Source of the DNA: Lama glama
Lineage: Eukaryota
Assembly: GCA_028534125.1 (NCBI GenBank)
Contig: CM052818.1
Coordinates: 5,334,001-5,398,000, forward strand
DNA length: 64,000 bases
Direction of reading: 5' to 3'
Part shown: positions 1 to 13,453 of the stretch, piece after piece
How positions within the stretch are numbered: position 1 is the first letter of the stretch
Layout of the letters: each line of letters begins with the position of its first letter
Notes under the pieces: generated by a model
What the model was told of the DNA's origin: nothing
Databases searched by the model: none
Seen by the model: the letters and a program-made list of their open reading frames with translations, nothing else
Made by a program: the position numbers and the translations under genes

Positions 1-451
1 TATAGGTCAAAGGAATGAATGAATGATTGGGTAAATGACATATTCAGAGTGTGAGCAGTAATGGGCACTTTGAGAAAGGACATCAAAAACAATACCAGTA
101 ATTTTTCACATTACAATATCTGTGCAGATGGAAAAACCTGCATTACAGAAGCAGCACCTATGAGGTCAGAACGTGAGGCTTCACACTGGTGTCTCTCCTT
201 GGTGACTTGGTGGTCTTATGCAAGGCCCTGAAAGCACCTGGGTACCAATTTCTTCATCAGTAAAAGTAGGGAACTATCCACTCACTGGGGCAATGAGAAT
301 TCTGTGATATACCTTTGAAAACCCCAGTAAACCCCAGTAAATCTAATTTAAGAAGCCAAAGGGACTACGGAAGCCTGTAGGAAATGGCAGAAGTTGGATC
401 CAGCCTTGACTGTATGGAGAGCCAGTGACTTGTTCTCTGGGGTTTGATGAG

Positions 452-590
452 ACATGATCACACTCATCCATTCACGAACTGTCCATGCTTTCACATGTCA
501 GCAAAGTAGCTATGACAGAAACTGTGTGGCGCACAAAACCAAAAATTTCTACTATCTGGCCCTTTGCAGAAAAAGTTTGCCAATGCCTGC
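452..590 (+). mobile_element. MER58-type hAT-Charlie MITE, 3' part
   Basis: gcgcacaaaaccaaaaatttctactatctggccctttgcagaaaaagtttgccaatgcctg resembles the MER58 terminal region. Confidence 0.8.
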
Positions 591-989
591 TCCAGAATAC
601 TGTTATTATGACTGTGTTGGTGACTGGCTTCATTGTCCACGCCGTTACATAAGCTTGAAATGAGAGTCACCTTGACCCTTGCCTCCACCCCACCCCCAAA
701 GTCTAGTCCCTCCTACCTGGTACCTGAGGCCTTCGCTTACGGCCCTCAGATTTCATTTTCTAACCAACACCCTTGACCTCATACAGTTCTTTCCTTTTAC
801 AGTTCATGTCTCATAATGCCACAGGGCACTGTGTTTTATTCCAACTTCTTCCAGGCGTAGGAAGGACAGAGCCCATTAACTCCATCTTACCAACACAGTC
901 TCTGCTCTGAAGACGTGGTCCATGTGAAATGGGACGGGGAGGGAGAGCCAAAAAATCATTGTATTTATTAGAGGTACTCAGTTAAAATG

Positions 990-1120
990 CGCCTCACTTT
1001 GAAAAGTGGGGAAAGCAAAAGTACATTTATTATAGAATGCACTGAGGATAAAATAGGTAATATATACAAAACCCTTAGCCCAGTTTCTGGCCCATAGTAA
1101 GCCTTTATTAGCTATTTCTA
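990..1120 (+). mobile_element. MIR SINE fragment
   Basis: gaggataaaataggtaatatatacaaaacccttagcccagtttctggcccatagtaagc resembles the MIR 3' tail. Confidence 0.65.
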
Positions 1121-1659
1121 ATTATTATCCCTGTAATTAGAAAATTATAAACACAATTTAAAGTGCAGCTCATGAAAACGGTCTTTTAAAATGAATAAAT
1201 TTTGTAGGTGCTAAGTTCTGAAATACCTCCAAGAAAGTTGTATATATATATATATTTTTTTTAATGTACAGCTTACTTTAAAAAGAGAGAGTCAGGAGTG
1301 AATTTATATAGAAATAGAATACAATGGATCTATGAGGGGAGCAAAATAATTGTAGAAATAAATATGCACTCCCTTTGTTTTTACAGCCCTGGAGGTTTGA
1401 CACAAATTTGTGTCCAATGTATAGAAAAATGTCCGTGAACAAACTCCCCTTCCAGCTTCATTTTCATTGTCCTGCTGTAATTCCCTCCACAGAACTCTGT
1501 ACGTTGGGCTTGTATACTCCGTGGTTTCATGTGATATGTCAAATCTGCTTTGGCAGCAGCAGGTGAGGAGATTAATTCATTTTATTCTGCACATGCGTGT
1601 GAGTGATTGAGCTTGATCGTATCACTTGCTTCCTTCACTTTCAGAAGTCTGCCCAATGG

Positions 1660-1778
1660 CTAGGAATGATGAGTGCACAGCACTGTGAATGTTTTTAAGG
1701 CCACTGCATTGTATACTTAGAGACGATTAAACTGGTCAGTTTCATATTGTGTATATTTTACTGCAATAAAAAAAAAAG
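1660..1778 (+). mobile_element. Old L1M 3' end with poly(A)
   Basis: gtgaatg...gccactgcattgtatactta...tgtatattttactgcaataaaaaaaa. Confidence 0.75.
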
Positions 1779-1879
1779 TCTATCAACCTCTTGGCTTAAT
1801 GAAAAAACCCACCTAGACCCCAGAAGTCAGGATTAATCGGTCCTTCCTACGAACCCGGGCACATGCTCTTCTTTCTATT

Positions 1880-2032
1880 AGAAAGCTTACTTCACTCTCC
1901 CGTATTGAAGTTCTGTTCGTCTAGGTTTCAACCTCCTCTTAGGTTTCTTTGAGGGTGGGCACCAATCTGTCATCTCTGTGTCTCCCTCACATTGCTGAGC
2001 ACACACCAACTGCTTTATAAATATTTGCTGGA
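1880..2032 (+). mobile_element. L2 LINE 3' end
   Basis: ctttgagggtggg...tctctgtgtctcc...ataaatatttgctgga resembles the L2 terminus. Confidence 0.6.
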
Positions 2033-2264
2033 GGCAGGCAGGGAGGAACGGAGGAGGCCCGAGGAGACTCAGTGCCCACTCCAGTGTCATCAGGGGCACA
2101 GCACAGGCCAGGACGTTCCTTGATTTCCATGAGACGATATAAGATACTCCCAAGAACTGCTCCCCGTTCGATTCTACTTTCATCTGAAAAGTGGTATCCG
2201 TAGCCTCCTTCTCAACAAATACAAACACCCCAGCTCGCAGCCAACAATCCATACTCATCATTTC

Positions 2265-2525
2265 AGGAGCCTCCACTCAAATGCCTGCAGGACCAGGGAG
2301 GCGATGTTGCCAGGCAAAGCTGGCCAGAGAGTGACCTTGGCAAGCTGCCGTCACAGACTGTCGAAAGGGCAGTGGCTCCTCCAGGCTGGCCTCTGGTTGC
2401 CGTTCCAGGTGTAGGTCCAGTGTTGCCAGAGCTTCTGATTTTCTTTAAGCTGGGAATTAACTCAAAAATTTTTAAACAATATTGCAGGCCAAGCAAAACA
2501 TATCTTTGGGAAGCGTGTGACCTGA
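2265..2525 (+). mobile_element. MER102-like hAT-Charlie MITE
   Basis: actcaaatgcctgcaggaccagg...ccagtgttgccagagcttctgatttt...gcaggccaagcaaaacatatct. Confidence 0.65.
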
Positions 2526-2619
2526 TTCTAACCCTCCACACACTATCACAAATCCTTTCAAGAACTTCTCTTATGCAAATTCCTGGAAACTCACTCTTTT
2601 GAATGAAGAGAACACTGTA

Positions 2620-2725
2620 ACGTGAACCTCATGCTAAGGGCTGTTCTGGGGATTAAATGAGATAAGGTGTAAAAGTGCCTAGTAACGTATATGTTCCAGT
2701 ACAGGTGCTCAATAAACATTATTTT
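2620..2725 (+). mobile_element. MIR SINE 3' fragment
   Basis: gggattaaatgagataaggtgtaaaagtgcctag...caggtgctcaataaacatt. Confidence 0.75.
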
Positions 2726-2839
2726 CCTCTCTTCCTTTCCTCTTTCCTGCCTTTTTAATTGAGACAAGGGATTATCTGATTCCTGGAAAATGTACAAAAA
2801 GTGAAAGATGCACCCTTTTTAATAAAAGGTGTCATTTTG

Positions 2840-2951
2840 GCAAGAAAGGCTCAAGGATGTATTTATAACATGAGGAATATAGCCAATACTTTGTAATAAC
2901 TGTAAATGGAAAATAACCTTTAAAATTATATAAAAATGAAAAAAAATTTTT
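2840..2951 (+). mobile_element. Short 5'-truncated L1 3' tail with TSD
   Basis: aaggatgtatttataacatgaggaatatagccaatactttgtaataactgtaaatgg then A-rich tail; flanked by aaggtgtcattttg (2826-2839) and aagatgtcattctg (2952-2965). Confidence 0.8.
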
Positions 2952-3404
2952 AAGATGTCATTCTGTTATATCAAACTCCATATCAATCAAGTTAATACAT
3001 TCCACACACTGAAGCCCTTTCCCAGGAAAGATCTCTGTAGCCCTCTTTAAACCCAGATGAGGCTGGTCTGTAATTGGCAGTTGGATTTTTACATAAAAAT
3101 GATGTTCCAAACAGGCTTAAGGATGCTTGAATACAGATTTTTCCCTTTAATGATTTAAAACGTTCTCTTGTATTTTATTTGTCCCATAAACATTTAAAAA
3201 ATAGCTTGTTGGGCCAAATAAAGCTTTGATCCAGGTTTTATCTGAATTATTGTAAATTCTGCATCCAGTTCCACATCCTTGCGTGCTATTTCCTATGTTC
3301 TCTAAAGCAGCAACAAGCTCACATATTCCCCAAACGGTCCTTTCCCAAAGCGTTAACCGCAGGTCATCAGTCACGGTCTGTGCGGCAGCAAAGACAAAGA
3401 GAGA

Positions 3405-3600
3405 GACCCCTGGACTTGGAGCATGTCTCAAGTTCAAGTTTATTTCTCTTGAAGATTTGGTTAAATGTGGGCAGGTTATTTAACCTTAAGTCACTCACTC
3501 CTCATCTGTGAAATGGGGCAGATAAGCACTACTCTCACAAGCTTACTGCGAAAGCCAAATGAGACACAATTTGCAAAATTATCATATAAATGCAGTGCAT
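3405..3600 (+). mobile_element. MIR SINE
   Basis: tgggcaggttatttaacct...ctcatctgtgaaatgggg MIR core. Confidence 0.75.
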
Positions 3601-3849
3601 TAAACCACACATATACCACTTTGAGCTTTGAGCGGAAAGGATCGCGAGTATTTGGGATGGGAGCCCAAGGTTACTTTGTTGGTGGCGATGTCTTAACTTG
3701 AGGGCGGGACACTGTTTTGTCTGTATTTCCATAGAGTAGCCCCTTCAAGAGTCATAGGTCCCGCTACCCGCCAACTTCATCCCTTACATCTGCACAGCAG
3801 ACATAATCAAAACCAGGAGGGAAAAATGCTTTTTCTATTTTAATATTAT

Positions 3850-4030
3850 GGACAGTAATTTCCTATATTCTAGGCACAGAGCTAAACATAAGACATGCAG
3901 TAAATCAAGCCATGAACACGTAGAACACCCCTGTGTGGCAGATACTACAACCCCCAGTTTACAAATAAAGAAAGCGGGCAGTACACTGCCCAAGACTGTT
4001 CACGAATACATAGTGGCGGCAGGACTCCAA
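3850..4030 (-). mobile_element. MIR SINE (degenerate)
   Basis: cccccagtttacaaataaagaaag...ctgcccaag resembles the reverse MIR core. Confidence 0.5.
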
Positions 4031-6404
4031 GCCTGGCAACAGCAAACCAAGACATCGGGGGGGCAGCAGCGTGGAATACAGCGTTCCCAGGAGGACAGGT
4101 TTCCAGATAGCTGAGATGAATCCTTCGAGTGCCAAACTTATTTTGGGGCGAAAACCCCACATTCCCTCACCATTTCTGAGCACGGTCTTTTCTGTGCCCC
4201 CCCTTTTTTTGACGGACAGATTTTGGAGATTATCTAGTCTAACCGTCTCAATCTTCAAATCACATGATGGACACAGAGCGCCTTTGGTTATGATACAAAT
4301 CAATTATTACTCCAAGGGCTGTGGCGATACGCAGGAGCCCTGAATGGTAACACATCGCTGTGGTCTATTTCATGCTAAGTATCTCTCTTTGTTGTTTGTT
4401 TCACGGGTTCCTTTCTTTTCCGTTACTCTCAGGTTGCCAGGCACCACCTGCCCTGGTTATAAACCAAGAGCCCTCCTTCCACAAACATGTCTTTGCCACC
4501 CCAGGCTGTGCTGCCTATAATTTGCTATGAGCAAGGAAACCAGGTAAACTCTCTGAGATTAGATGTCAAACAAATTCTGGGCAAGGACTTAAGAAATCTG
4601 ATGGGTGACATGCATAAGATTTTGCAAACAGATGCGACCTCCAGGTGGCCAGCAACTGTCTCTTGGATATTTGAGTTTATCAGAGAAATGAATGTCATAT
4701 ATATAAGTGAAGAGCTGAGTACTTTTAGTGACACAAAAGAAGGCACAAGTCAGACTTACAAATAAATCCATTTCATCTTCTGGTCCCCGTAGCGATCCTT
4801 AGAGCTACTAGCCAGCCCCACCTGCTTCCTTCACACTCCCCTGCCCTGTCTTTTGTATAAGCACAGTCAAATCATCCTTTACCCTTTTACTTCAGTTGTC
4901 ATTTTCCAGCTGGGAAGCAGCAAATCTGATCATTCGAACAGAAACAGCGTCTGTTGCTAACCCCTCAAGCTGCTGTACTGGTTGCATTTCTCGCAGCCAA
5001 ACATTCAGTAACATGTGTTTCCATGTATATCTTTTCCTCTATAATAGTAATAAGTGGGTCATTAAGGGCTGAGGAACGAAAGGATGTGGTTTCCTGGCTG
5101 ATAAATCTCCGAGCTGCATTACCAAATTCATCTTACACGTCAGCCATTAAATAGCACGGCGTTTTCCTCTCGCTTCCGTGCGGCATCATGTAATGTCATC
5201 TAAACGGGGCTTTCTCTGTGGCCATAATCATCACCATCTTCATCGCCACTACTGTCAAGAAGCACGTGCATATGGTGCTACAGTCAGCACGGTTCTACGC
5301 AGCTCCACCGCCACGACCCTCAGCCCTGGAAGGCCGCAAGCTACCAGGGGACGACTGAAAATCGTGAGACGTGAGTTCAAGTCCAGGCCTCGCTGCTGAA
5401 TCCCCGGGTGAGCTGGAACACAGCATTTTCCTTCTCCGGGCCTGTCTCACTGTCATGGCAGGTCCTCTTCGAGACTCGGCTGCAGGCATTTCAAGTGGGA
5501 GGAAGACCAGCAGAGGAGAAAACTGATCTGGAACTTGAAACAAGTGGCTACATCCTGGGCATAATTAGCCTCTGGGTCTCAGATCAGACTGTCTATGCAG
5601 AACGTTGTCTCTCTCCCTGGCCTCCCCCTCACCAATTTCTCCGTGTTCTCAGTGTTTTCTGCCACCCTTATTCCACTCTCTGTTTCTGACTTTGGCTCTC
5701 TTCCCATTTTCACTAACCCCTGGATGGCTTCTCCAGATGGCAGCCCACACCAGACCCTCAGCTTCTGTTCTTTCGCTTCTCCCAGCCCCACCCAGGAGCA
5801 GGTCCCAATCAGAACATCCGCCTTGAATGGTTTTGAGAGGTAAATCCTGAGCCCCCTGGTACCCTGTTGTGCAGACTCTGTCTGATCTCCCTAAGCGAGG
5901 GGGTGGAGCCTGAGCGTAGGTCCCTGACGCGTGTCTAGAGATCCCAGGACCAAGGCTCCCCCCCCATACTGGGGAGGGAGGAAAAACTCATAATGATTTC
6001 AAAGAGGACAAAGGAGGCAGCTCAGAGACACGCAGGCAAGTCTAGACGGTGACGACAGAGACAGAAACGACGCAAACACCCCAAAACCATGCCTGGCTGG
6101 ACTGGACACACAGGAACAACGGAGAGGTGGGCAGTAGGGAGAGGAGGGGCAGGGATCGCACGGGCTGCAGACAGTTCTGTGATTTATGCCCAGAAATGTG
6201 CCCACGGGTCGGGAGAACCAGCCCGTCCCCTCCCGGCTAGGGTATCAATTAAGCTGAGTCAAAAGGCAGGAAAGAGACTGGTTCGCCTGATACAGGAACA
6301 GGAAAGAATCCATCCAGTCATCGTAGTTATTCCCACCAGCTGTTCACGGCTTTGTGCTGACATCTTCACATGCCCATGATCTCATGGAACCTTCCAAACT
6401 ACCT

Positions 6405-6675
6405 TTTTTGGTTGTTACTACAGTAAAATGTGCATAACATAAAATTTACCATTTTAATCATTTTTAAGTATAGGATTTAGTGGCGTTAAGCACGCTGATG
6501 ATATCCTGCAACCATCGCCACTATGTGTTTCAAGAACTTTTCCATCATCCCAAACAGACGTTCTGCACCCGTTAAACAGCAAGTCCCGTTTCTCCCTCAC
6601 TCCAACCCCTTGTAACCACTCTTCTACTTTGTATCTATGACCCAACCACCATTTAAGAGTAGCCATAAAAGTGGA
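6405..6675 (-). mobile_element. L1MB-like 3' UTR fragment
   Basis: aacataaaatttaccattttaatcatttttaagtat...gcaaccatcgccacta...ttccatcatcccaaacaga. Confidence 0.85.
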
Positions 6676-9499
6676 GGGACGTCTTCCCTGGGGGGTGAAA
6701 TTCTAAAGTCAGCATAAAAGGCAGAAAAACGTAGTCTATATTCTCACTGAGAACACCTGAGGAGGAAAGATGCTATATTAGTGCCAGGAATCCCATCTCT
6801 CAATAAGGATGACCAGCTAATTTTCCCTCCTTCAGCGTGCGGTTGAGTTCCCGAGGAAGTGGCACCACATACATTTAGGACCCTATTGTACAAGAGAATG
6901 TACTGATTTTTTTTAAACAGTGGAAACACACTTGGTTTGTTGAGATACTCGTTTCATGTGTGGACCTCGGGAACCAAGACCAAATGAAGGAAGAACAGAT
7001 TCGTACCCTTATTTTTCACATTTGCCTGGGGAAATACTCACTGTGGAATGGCAGATGGAATCTATCTTGTGATTTGAATTATTTTCCTCTCCCCCTCCTT
7101 TTTTTAACCAATGTGCAGTGTTGAATTCTTGTACACTGAGTCTGTATGAAATAATTCCTTCCTATGATATCCTCTTTATAATGATGAAGCTTAGAGAAGT
7201 CAAGGAACTTGCCCAAATTCACAAAGCTTTATAAGTAATTGAATCGGTGCCTTTAAGCAATTCCCCATGACTGCCGGCCAAATGGTTCTTTCCAGCAAAT
7301 TAGACTTTTTTCAACATTAATTTTTTTTCTTTCTCTTTATAAAATTAATCAGGGGGTGTATTGACCAAGAAAGTTCATCAGAGGCACTTTTGAGCATTAC
7401 TCTAAAATTTCAAATCCATTTGTCCAAACTACACAATATGCAAATCTCTGGACTCTAGGGGCCAATTGTAAGTTGGTTTCAAATACCACAGAGGACATAA
7501 ATCTTCCTCCTCCCTTCTTTATCCCCCTCAACCCATAATCTACTCACTCTTTGACCTCCCCACAAGAAGCATGACTGCCTTAAATTTAGAGTTTTCCTTT
7601 CCATTAAACAATGCACGTGTGGAACCCTCATCGTATTTCAGAGACGGAGTTGATCAGACTCAGTGAGCCTGCTCACTGCCACAGGTGAGAAGCCCTCTGC
7701 AAGGAGGCACCTTCGACTGGAAGCTGGGAGGTGGAACTTGCGGGGATGATTTAGGAATGCAGACCAGTTTTACTTATTTGAACTAGCAGAGGGGAAGGTC
7801 AGGCCAAAACCATGAAAAAAAATCTAGATAAGAAAATATTTTTGAAGAAACCCTGTTTTACGACTCCCCGGGACCCACAATAATTTAAGTTTATCCGTTC
7901 ATCCTGGACCTGCTTTCAGAAATAGATGAGGCTAGTTTCTAATTAGCAGAACTATTATAAATAAATGTAGGTTCTTCTAGTGCTTGAAAACAAATTTTTT
8001 CTAATCATGTTTGCACCACTAATTTGTATTTTTGTCAGAAAAGAGTGCGTTGAGTAAAGGTAAATTATAGCCAAAAGTAATGTAGTTTCCTCTCCACATC
8101 AAAATTAATTTTGGTCCAGGGCAGATGAGCCTTGATCCAGATTTCAATTCCATTATGGCCAAAGTAACACAAATAAATGTACAATTCCTTGAAAAGCAAA
8201 ATTCACTTTCACAAAATAATGATCTTTTTCTGGAAGAAAATAAAACAAAAAGAAAGGTGGTTCTTGGCATGGTATGTATAAAACACATAGCATTGATGAT
8301 TAAAAAACTAAAACTCTCCTTTCCAAAGCAAGAAGCCTGTCTTAAGCCAAAATGAGAACAAGATAAGAGACTTAGAGCGTATTCATTATTTTCCCATTTG
8401 GAGATTTCCACCCCCCCCCACCTTTTATCGTTTTATTTATTCTGTTTTCAAATGCCATGCTCCAAACATAAATGGGATTTTCACTGACGCTCTTCAACTT
8501 TGTCAGTCTACCCAACCCCCACCCCTCCTTCCTTCCTAAATTTAATTAAAACCAGCATTCAGCCATACTGGAGAGAAACCTTATTTACATAACACAAAGA
8601 AAAATAGTTTTTAAAAGCCCACATTAATCACGGCTTTAGAGAAAGTCACCATAAATAGGATGAATCCAGCCCCAGGAGAAGCTCCAGCCACTTAAGAAAA
8701 ATACGTCTTTCCATCCGCAAGGGTATCAGTGTGACTGAAGAACATAGCCCTTATGGCCCACAAATGCCTCATTTTCATACGAAGTTACATGTTTGCCTAC
8801 CCTGATACAGAACAATGCATATTCAAAACTGTCTCACTTGCCCACACAATCTGGTGAAGACTGAGTTTTGTTTTATGGAATTGCCAGAATAGAGGAGGAA
8901 ACATCAAGGACCTACTACGTGCCAAGCAGAATGCTCGGGGCTCTGAAGACCTTACCTCCTTCGAGAGTCCTGGCAGCTCCAGAAAGTTGCTTGTTTACTC
9001 ACTTTGAACTCTAACTTTAAACCCAGAGAGGTCCTCCTGTCCCAGAGCTCCGGACAGGCCCACAGAGATCCAAGGGCACGTTTAAGCACTGCCGCCTGCT
9101 GCCTCCCACACACACACTTCTTCTGTCATTGTTTTATGTCAACCATGGCACTGAGAAACATTTCGATGAAAATGAATAGAAAAGTGTAGAAAGATTCCCA
9201 AAGGCAGAAACCTCAAATGAGTCACCAAAATGGGAAGAAGCGTGCAGAGCAAGCAGGATTATTACAGGAGGCTGTCTAAGGAGCAGGGATCAGAATTACC
9301 CACGATCAAAGAATTCACCCAGTTGCTCTCACCTCAATTCCCCTCCAATATCAAAAGGTAATAACATGGCTGATGCTGTCCACCCAAAAATTTGAGAAAA
9401 GTTTACATGATTGCCCTACACAGCTATGTTTGCCAAAAAATAAAAGAAAAATATAGATTATTGAGTTCTTACTATAAGTCAGGCCCTTGTAGAGGAATT

Positions 9500-9680
9500 T
9501 GTATATACTTTGCAACTTAATCTGCACCACCGATAGGGTGATGGGCATTCTCATCTGCATCTTACAGATAAAGAACCTAAAGCAAAGGGTTTAAACTTTT
9601 GACTGTGGTTAGACAGGAAATAGATGGTAGAGCCAGGATTTTAATCCAATTTTCTGTTTCCCCATCTACACCTGCTCTTC
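9500..9680 (-). mobile_element. MIR SINE
   Basis: ctgcatcttacagataaagaacctaa...atggtagagccaggattttaatcca. Confidence 0.7.
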
Positions 9681-9842
9681 CTCTCATCAGAAGGGGGTCC
9701 TGAATATTGTTATGGCCACGTCACAAAGACATACCTCGAGGAGTGCAGGGGACAGCCCAGGTTCTGTTGCTGACTCTCCTCTATGATTTGTGTTTACTCT
9801 GACTCCTGCAATGCTGTGAATCTTGTCAGTCTCTTTGACACC

Positions 9843-9992
9843 TTGCTAAATGTAAGCTCCAAAAGGCAAGGATTGACTGATTGATTGACTAACTGATCTT
9901 TTGGTTTCCTGATGCATCCCCAGCACTGAGAACAGTGTCCCGCACTCTGTAGGTGCTCAATGAATATTAGTTAAATGGATGGCGGGAATGAA
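9843..9992 (+). mobile_element. L2 LINE 3' end
   Basis: tgtaagctccaaaaggcaagga...catccccagcactgagaacagtg...gtaggtgctcaatgaatatt. Confidence 0.85.
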
Positions 9993-10204
9993 CTCCTGTT
10001 CCAGCCTAACCTCTGTGACGGCTCTGTCCTCTGACCACCCAGTACACACAGGCTGGTCTGCCCCCTCCTAGAAACCAGGTGTGTTCAGCCAGGCAGTTAT
10101 GTCTCTATAACCTTCGTGACAGGATGAGTTGGAAAATAATTGCCATTACTGTTCACCAGAGATTACAGAGACACCAACAGGGGGCGGGGGGGGGGGGCAG
10201 GTTT

Positions 10205-10304
10205 NNNNNNNNNNNNNNNNNNNNNNNNNNNNNNNNNNNNNNNNNNNNNNNNNNNNNNNNNNNNNNNNNNNNNNNNNNNNNNNNNNNNNNNNNNNNNNNN
10301 NNNN
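10205..10304. other. Assembly gap (100 N)
   Basis: Run of exactly 100 N following a G-rich homopolymer stretch. Confidence 0.99.
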
Positions 10305-10664
10305 ATGAAACTGTCAACTATTTAAAGGACACACCACGCTGATTTGATGTACACACACGTTGTGAAAAGATGCCCACCGTGGAGTCAAATAACACATCCG
10401 GCAAATCAGGTTATATTGTCATGCTTTCTTGAAGAGAGGAAGAAACGCAGGCTTGGAGAGCTTATGAAGCTTGTTGAACATCACGTGACAAGTGACAGAG
10501 TCTGGGTATCCATTCCTCACCTCATCAGTTCATTTGGAGAAAAAGAAAGGAAAATTTCCAAATTATGTCCAAGTCAAAATCATGTAAGAATGAGGTGTCT
10601 GAATAGCTCTTCTCGTTGGCTAAGATATCACAGAGTTGCTTCTATTTCTTCCGGACAGTATTTG

Positions 10665-10830
10665 AATAATTTCATTCTCCGTTTATTCGGCAAGCATTTC
10701 CTGGGGTCTTTTATGTGCCAGCAACTGTGCTGGGAGCTGGGGACTCAGAGCGGAGAATGTAGTCAGGCTCTGCTCAGAGGGAGCCTTCGTTTGCCGGCAA
10801 AGGCTGAGAAGGACACGATCATGACAAGGG
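10665..10830 (-). mobile_element. L2 LINE 3' end
   Basis: tttattcggcaagcatttcctggg...tatgtgccagcaactgtgctgggagctggggac. Confidence 0.75.
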
Positions 10831-11929
10831 TGACCAAGTTAAGCTGGGGCCGAGTGAGCAGACTCCGGTGGTGCACCGCGTGTGAGGCTCTGGCTCTGTT
10901 CTGTTGCACTGGGAGTCCAGAGCAAGCCAACAGCATCAGATGATAGTAAAACCTGATCACTTCTCCCTTCTCCTCTTCATCCTTGCCAGGAGCAGTTACA
11001 CTGGTGCTGGAGAGGGCCCAGGTAATAAAATGCTGGTATCACCAGAGATGTTCAGACAGAACCACTGCCACCCTGGCTCCCTCAGGGGAAAAAAAAAATG
11101 AGAGCAGGGTTTTCTCCTGTGGGAACAGTATTATCTCTGATCTACTTCTGTCAAAGGTTTAGAATTGTCTTCTATCCACAAAAATAAAAAGATCTTCCAC
11201 TCACGAATTAGTGCCAAAAAGTCTATCCTTAGTTTTCACCTATTAACCTGAAAGTTTGATATAAATATTTGAGGTAAGGTGAGGGTTGGTGGTTCTCTTA
11301 CCAACTATTCATTTATCCCTTAATGTGAATTTAAGAAATGGGAAACTATTTCACAGGAGGATGTTCGCTTCTTCTTGGTCCCTGGGAGCCCAGTGTGAGA
11401 AGAAAGTGGAGACATAAAGACGCGGAACAGAGAAAAGGAGGCACCGGAGAGCTTCCTGGCTCCTGGCTCTGCAGCTGCAGGACTTCCTGGAGCACTAACA
11501 CAATGGAAACCATCTTTATCCCAAGGAGGACAACGGGTATCAGAAAACCAGGAGCTGTCTGTAGCCGAGAGCAGCACGGCAGAGCACCCTACAAAACCCC
11601 GTGCCTGCCGGACTTGGCTTTTTCTAAAGTTGTTGGATGTCTGTCATGGCTGTTCTTGTTTTCCCCCAAAACCATTAAAAAGGGGACCCAAAATACTGAG
11701 TGTTGATTAAGGCTTTAATTGTTCCTCCAAACCACTCATCTTACCGTGGAGCAAAGGAGAACTCACGGAGATTGAGGGAACTTGCCTGCCTCCAGACTCC
11801 GAAACCAGCTGCCTTCCGTAAAACTGACTGTCCAATTAGCACGTTGGCTTTGGGTAAAGTGAAGAGGAGTGAGTCAGAAAGGACCTTCCATTCACCAGAT
11901 TGCTCAAGAGCTAGGACAAGGAATTAGAA

Positions 11930-12065
11930 GTTTCCTTTTACCGCTGAGGACACGGAGGCCCACAGAGATCAAGGATCTGATCAAGCCCACCGTACAGTCA
12001 ATAAGCAGCAGAGCCGGGAGGAACGTGAACTTGGGGTGTTCTCTCCAATCAGCAGTCCGGCTCTG
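11930..12065 (-). mobile_element. MIR SINE
   Basis: ttttaccgctgaggacacggaggcccacagagatcaagg...agcagagccggga. Confidence 0.7.
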
Positions 12066-13092
12066 TCCACTCTACATTCTGCTTCTGACGGGTGTCCTTC
12101 TGGTTTTCCCATCAGGCATCAGTTTGGGGCATATTTCCTTTCTCAATCACATCTTTAGTGAGTTACCTGGAATTTGCTTCTTTCTATCACTTTTTTATGA
12201 TTAGCTAATAGATTTAACCTCTGTTTTTGAGCAGGCTTGTCTAAAGCACTTATATATGTTTTATGTGTCTTCCTCAAAATACCAAGAAGTTTAAAAATTT
12301 TTTTAAATATTTTAAAGTGCCATTGTCACTTTCATGCCTAAAGACGACCCTGCTGATGGCGGTCATTCGCCATGTCTGACTGCAGCGTCGCCGGCAACTG
12401 TAAGCAGGGAGGCGGACTCGTCTCTGAGGGCTCCTGGCAGGTGCAGGCCTGAGGAAATGACTCAAGGCTTCAGGACGCCATCCGTAATCATCACTTTTGA
12501 AACCAATGTTGCAAAATCTGAGGGTGGCATTATCACTGAAATTCCATCACTTCCCTTCCCACTGTCACATCTGCTTGCGTGACACTCTCAGTCAAGACTT
12601 GGATGTCACAACCTGGCTCTGAGCAATAGCAGAGAATAAATGTGATCTTTGCTGTCTGAGATTCAGAAAGATTAAAGACCAGCACCAAGTTACCGAGACT
12701 GCACTCCCCAGCGTTCTACAAGCATTCAGTGTATTCAAAGAGGCAAATTCATCATTTATTTCAAGTATATCTCACAGTGGCCAAGGATACTGATAAACAA
12801 GGTCCCAATCTGGAAGGAGGATTTGTCTAAACATCTTGTATCAGAACGGGCTAAGCCTCTCCCCGGTGTTAGACACACAGAAAATAATGAAAAATAAAAT
12901 CAACTCTCCTTCCTGTGAGGTAGTTTTGAAACTTTTCCTCTTAGGTTCCCAGCACGGATGGCAGGAGCTCCGGGACCACTGGAAGGAAACTGAGGGAAGG
13001 GCTCTAGGTCTCCCAGCACCTCTAAAGAGAGCCGTGTCACCTATATTTATACCTGATGTTCTTCATAAAATTTCCTTTGAAAAATGAATATG

Positions 13093-13453
13093 GGGGAAGG
13101 AAGGATGAACAGGCAGAGCACAGATTTTTTTTTTAGGGCAGTGAAATACTCTGGATGATACTGTGATGGTGGATACCTGTCATTATTCATCTGTCCAAAC
13201 CCACGGAATGTACACCACCCAGAGTGAGTCCTAGTTCAGCTGTGGACTTTGGGTGATAATGATGTGTCATTGTAGGTAACAGTGTAAGTTCATCAACTGA
13301 AAGAGTCTGGTGGGTGGGGGCTGCTGATAATGGAGAAGGCTATGTGTGTGTAGGTGTGGGCTGTATATAGGAAATCTCTGTATTTTCCCCTCAGTTTTGT
13401 GGTGATCCTAAAACTGCTCTGAAAAATAAAACCTAGGAATAGAAAAAAAAAAA
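13093..13453 (+). mobile_element. L1MC-like 3' UTR with poly(A)
   Basis: gatgaacaggcagagcacaga...tttagggcagtgaaa...tggactttgggtgataatgatgtgtca...cctaaaactgctctgaaaaataaa; atgaatatg occurs on both flanks. Confidence 0.85.

Noticed and set aside
319..341. Short direct repeats (aaccccagta x2; also aatccttgaact x2 near 59496-59528)
   Set aside because: Ordinary slippage duplications with no repeat-spacer periodicity, so not CRISPR-like
4433..4543. Plus-strand acceptor/donor pair (111 nt); a similar pair lies at 23675-23762
   Set aside because: Stops in all three frames and no other support; typical pseudo-exons
10344..10943. Longest ORF (199 aa)
   Set aside because: It runs across L1, MIR and L2 fragments, has a non-ATG start and resembles no protein family I know
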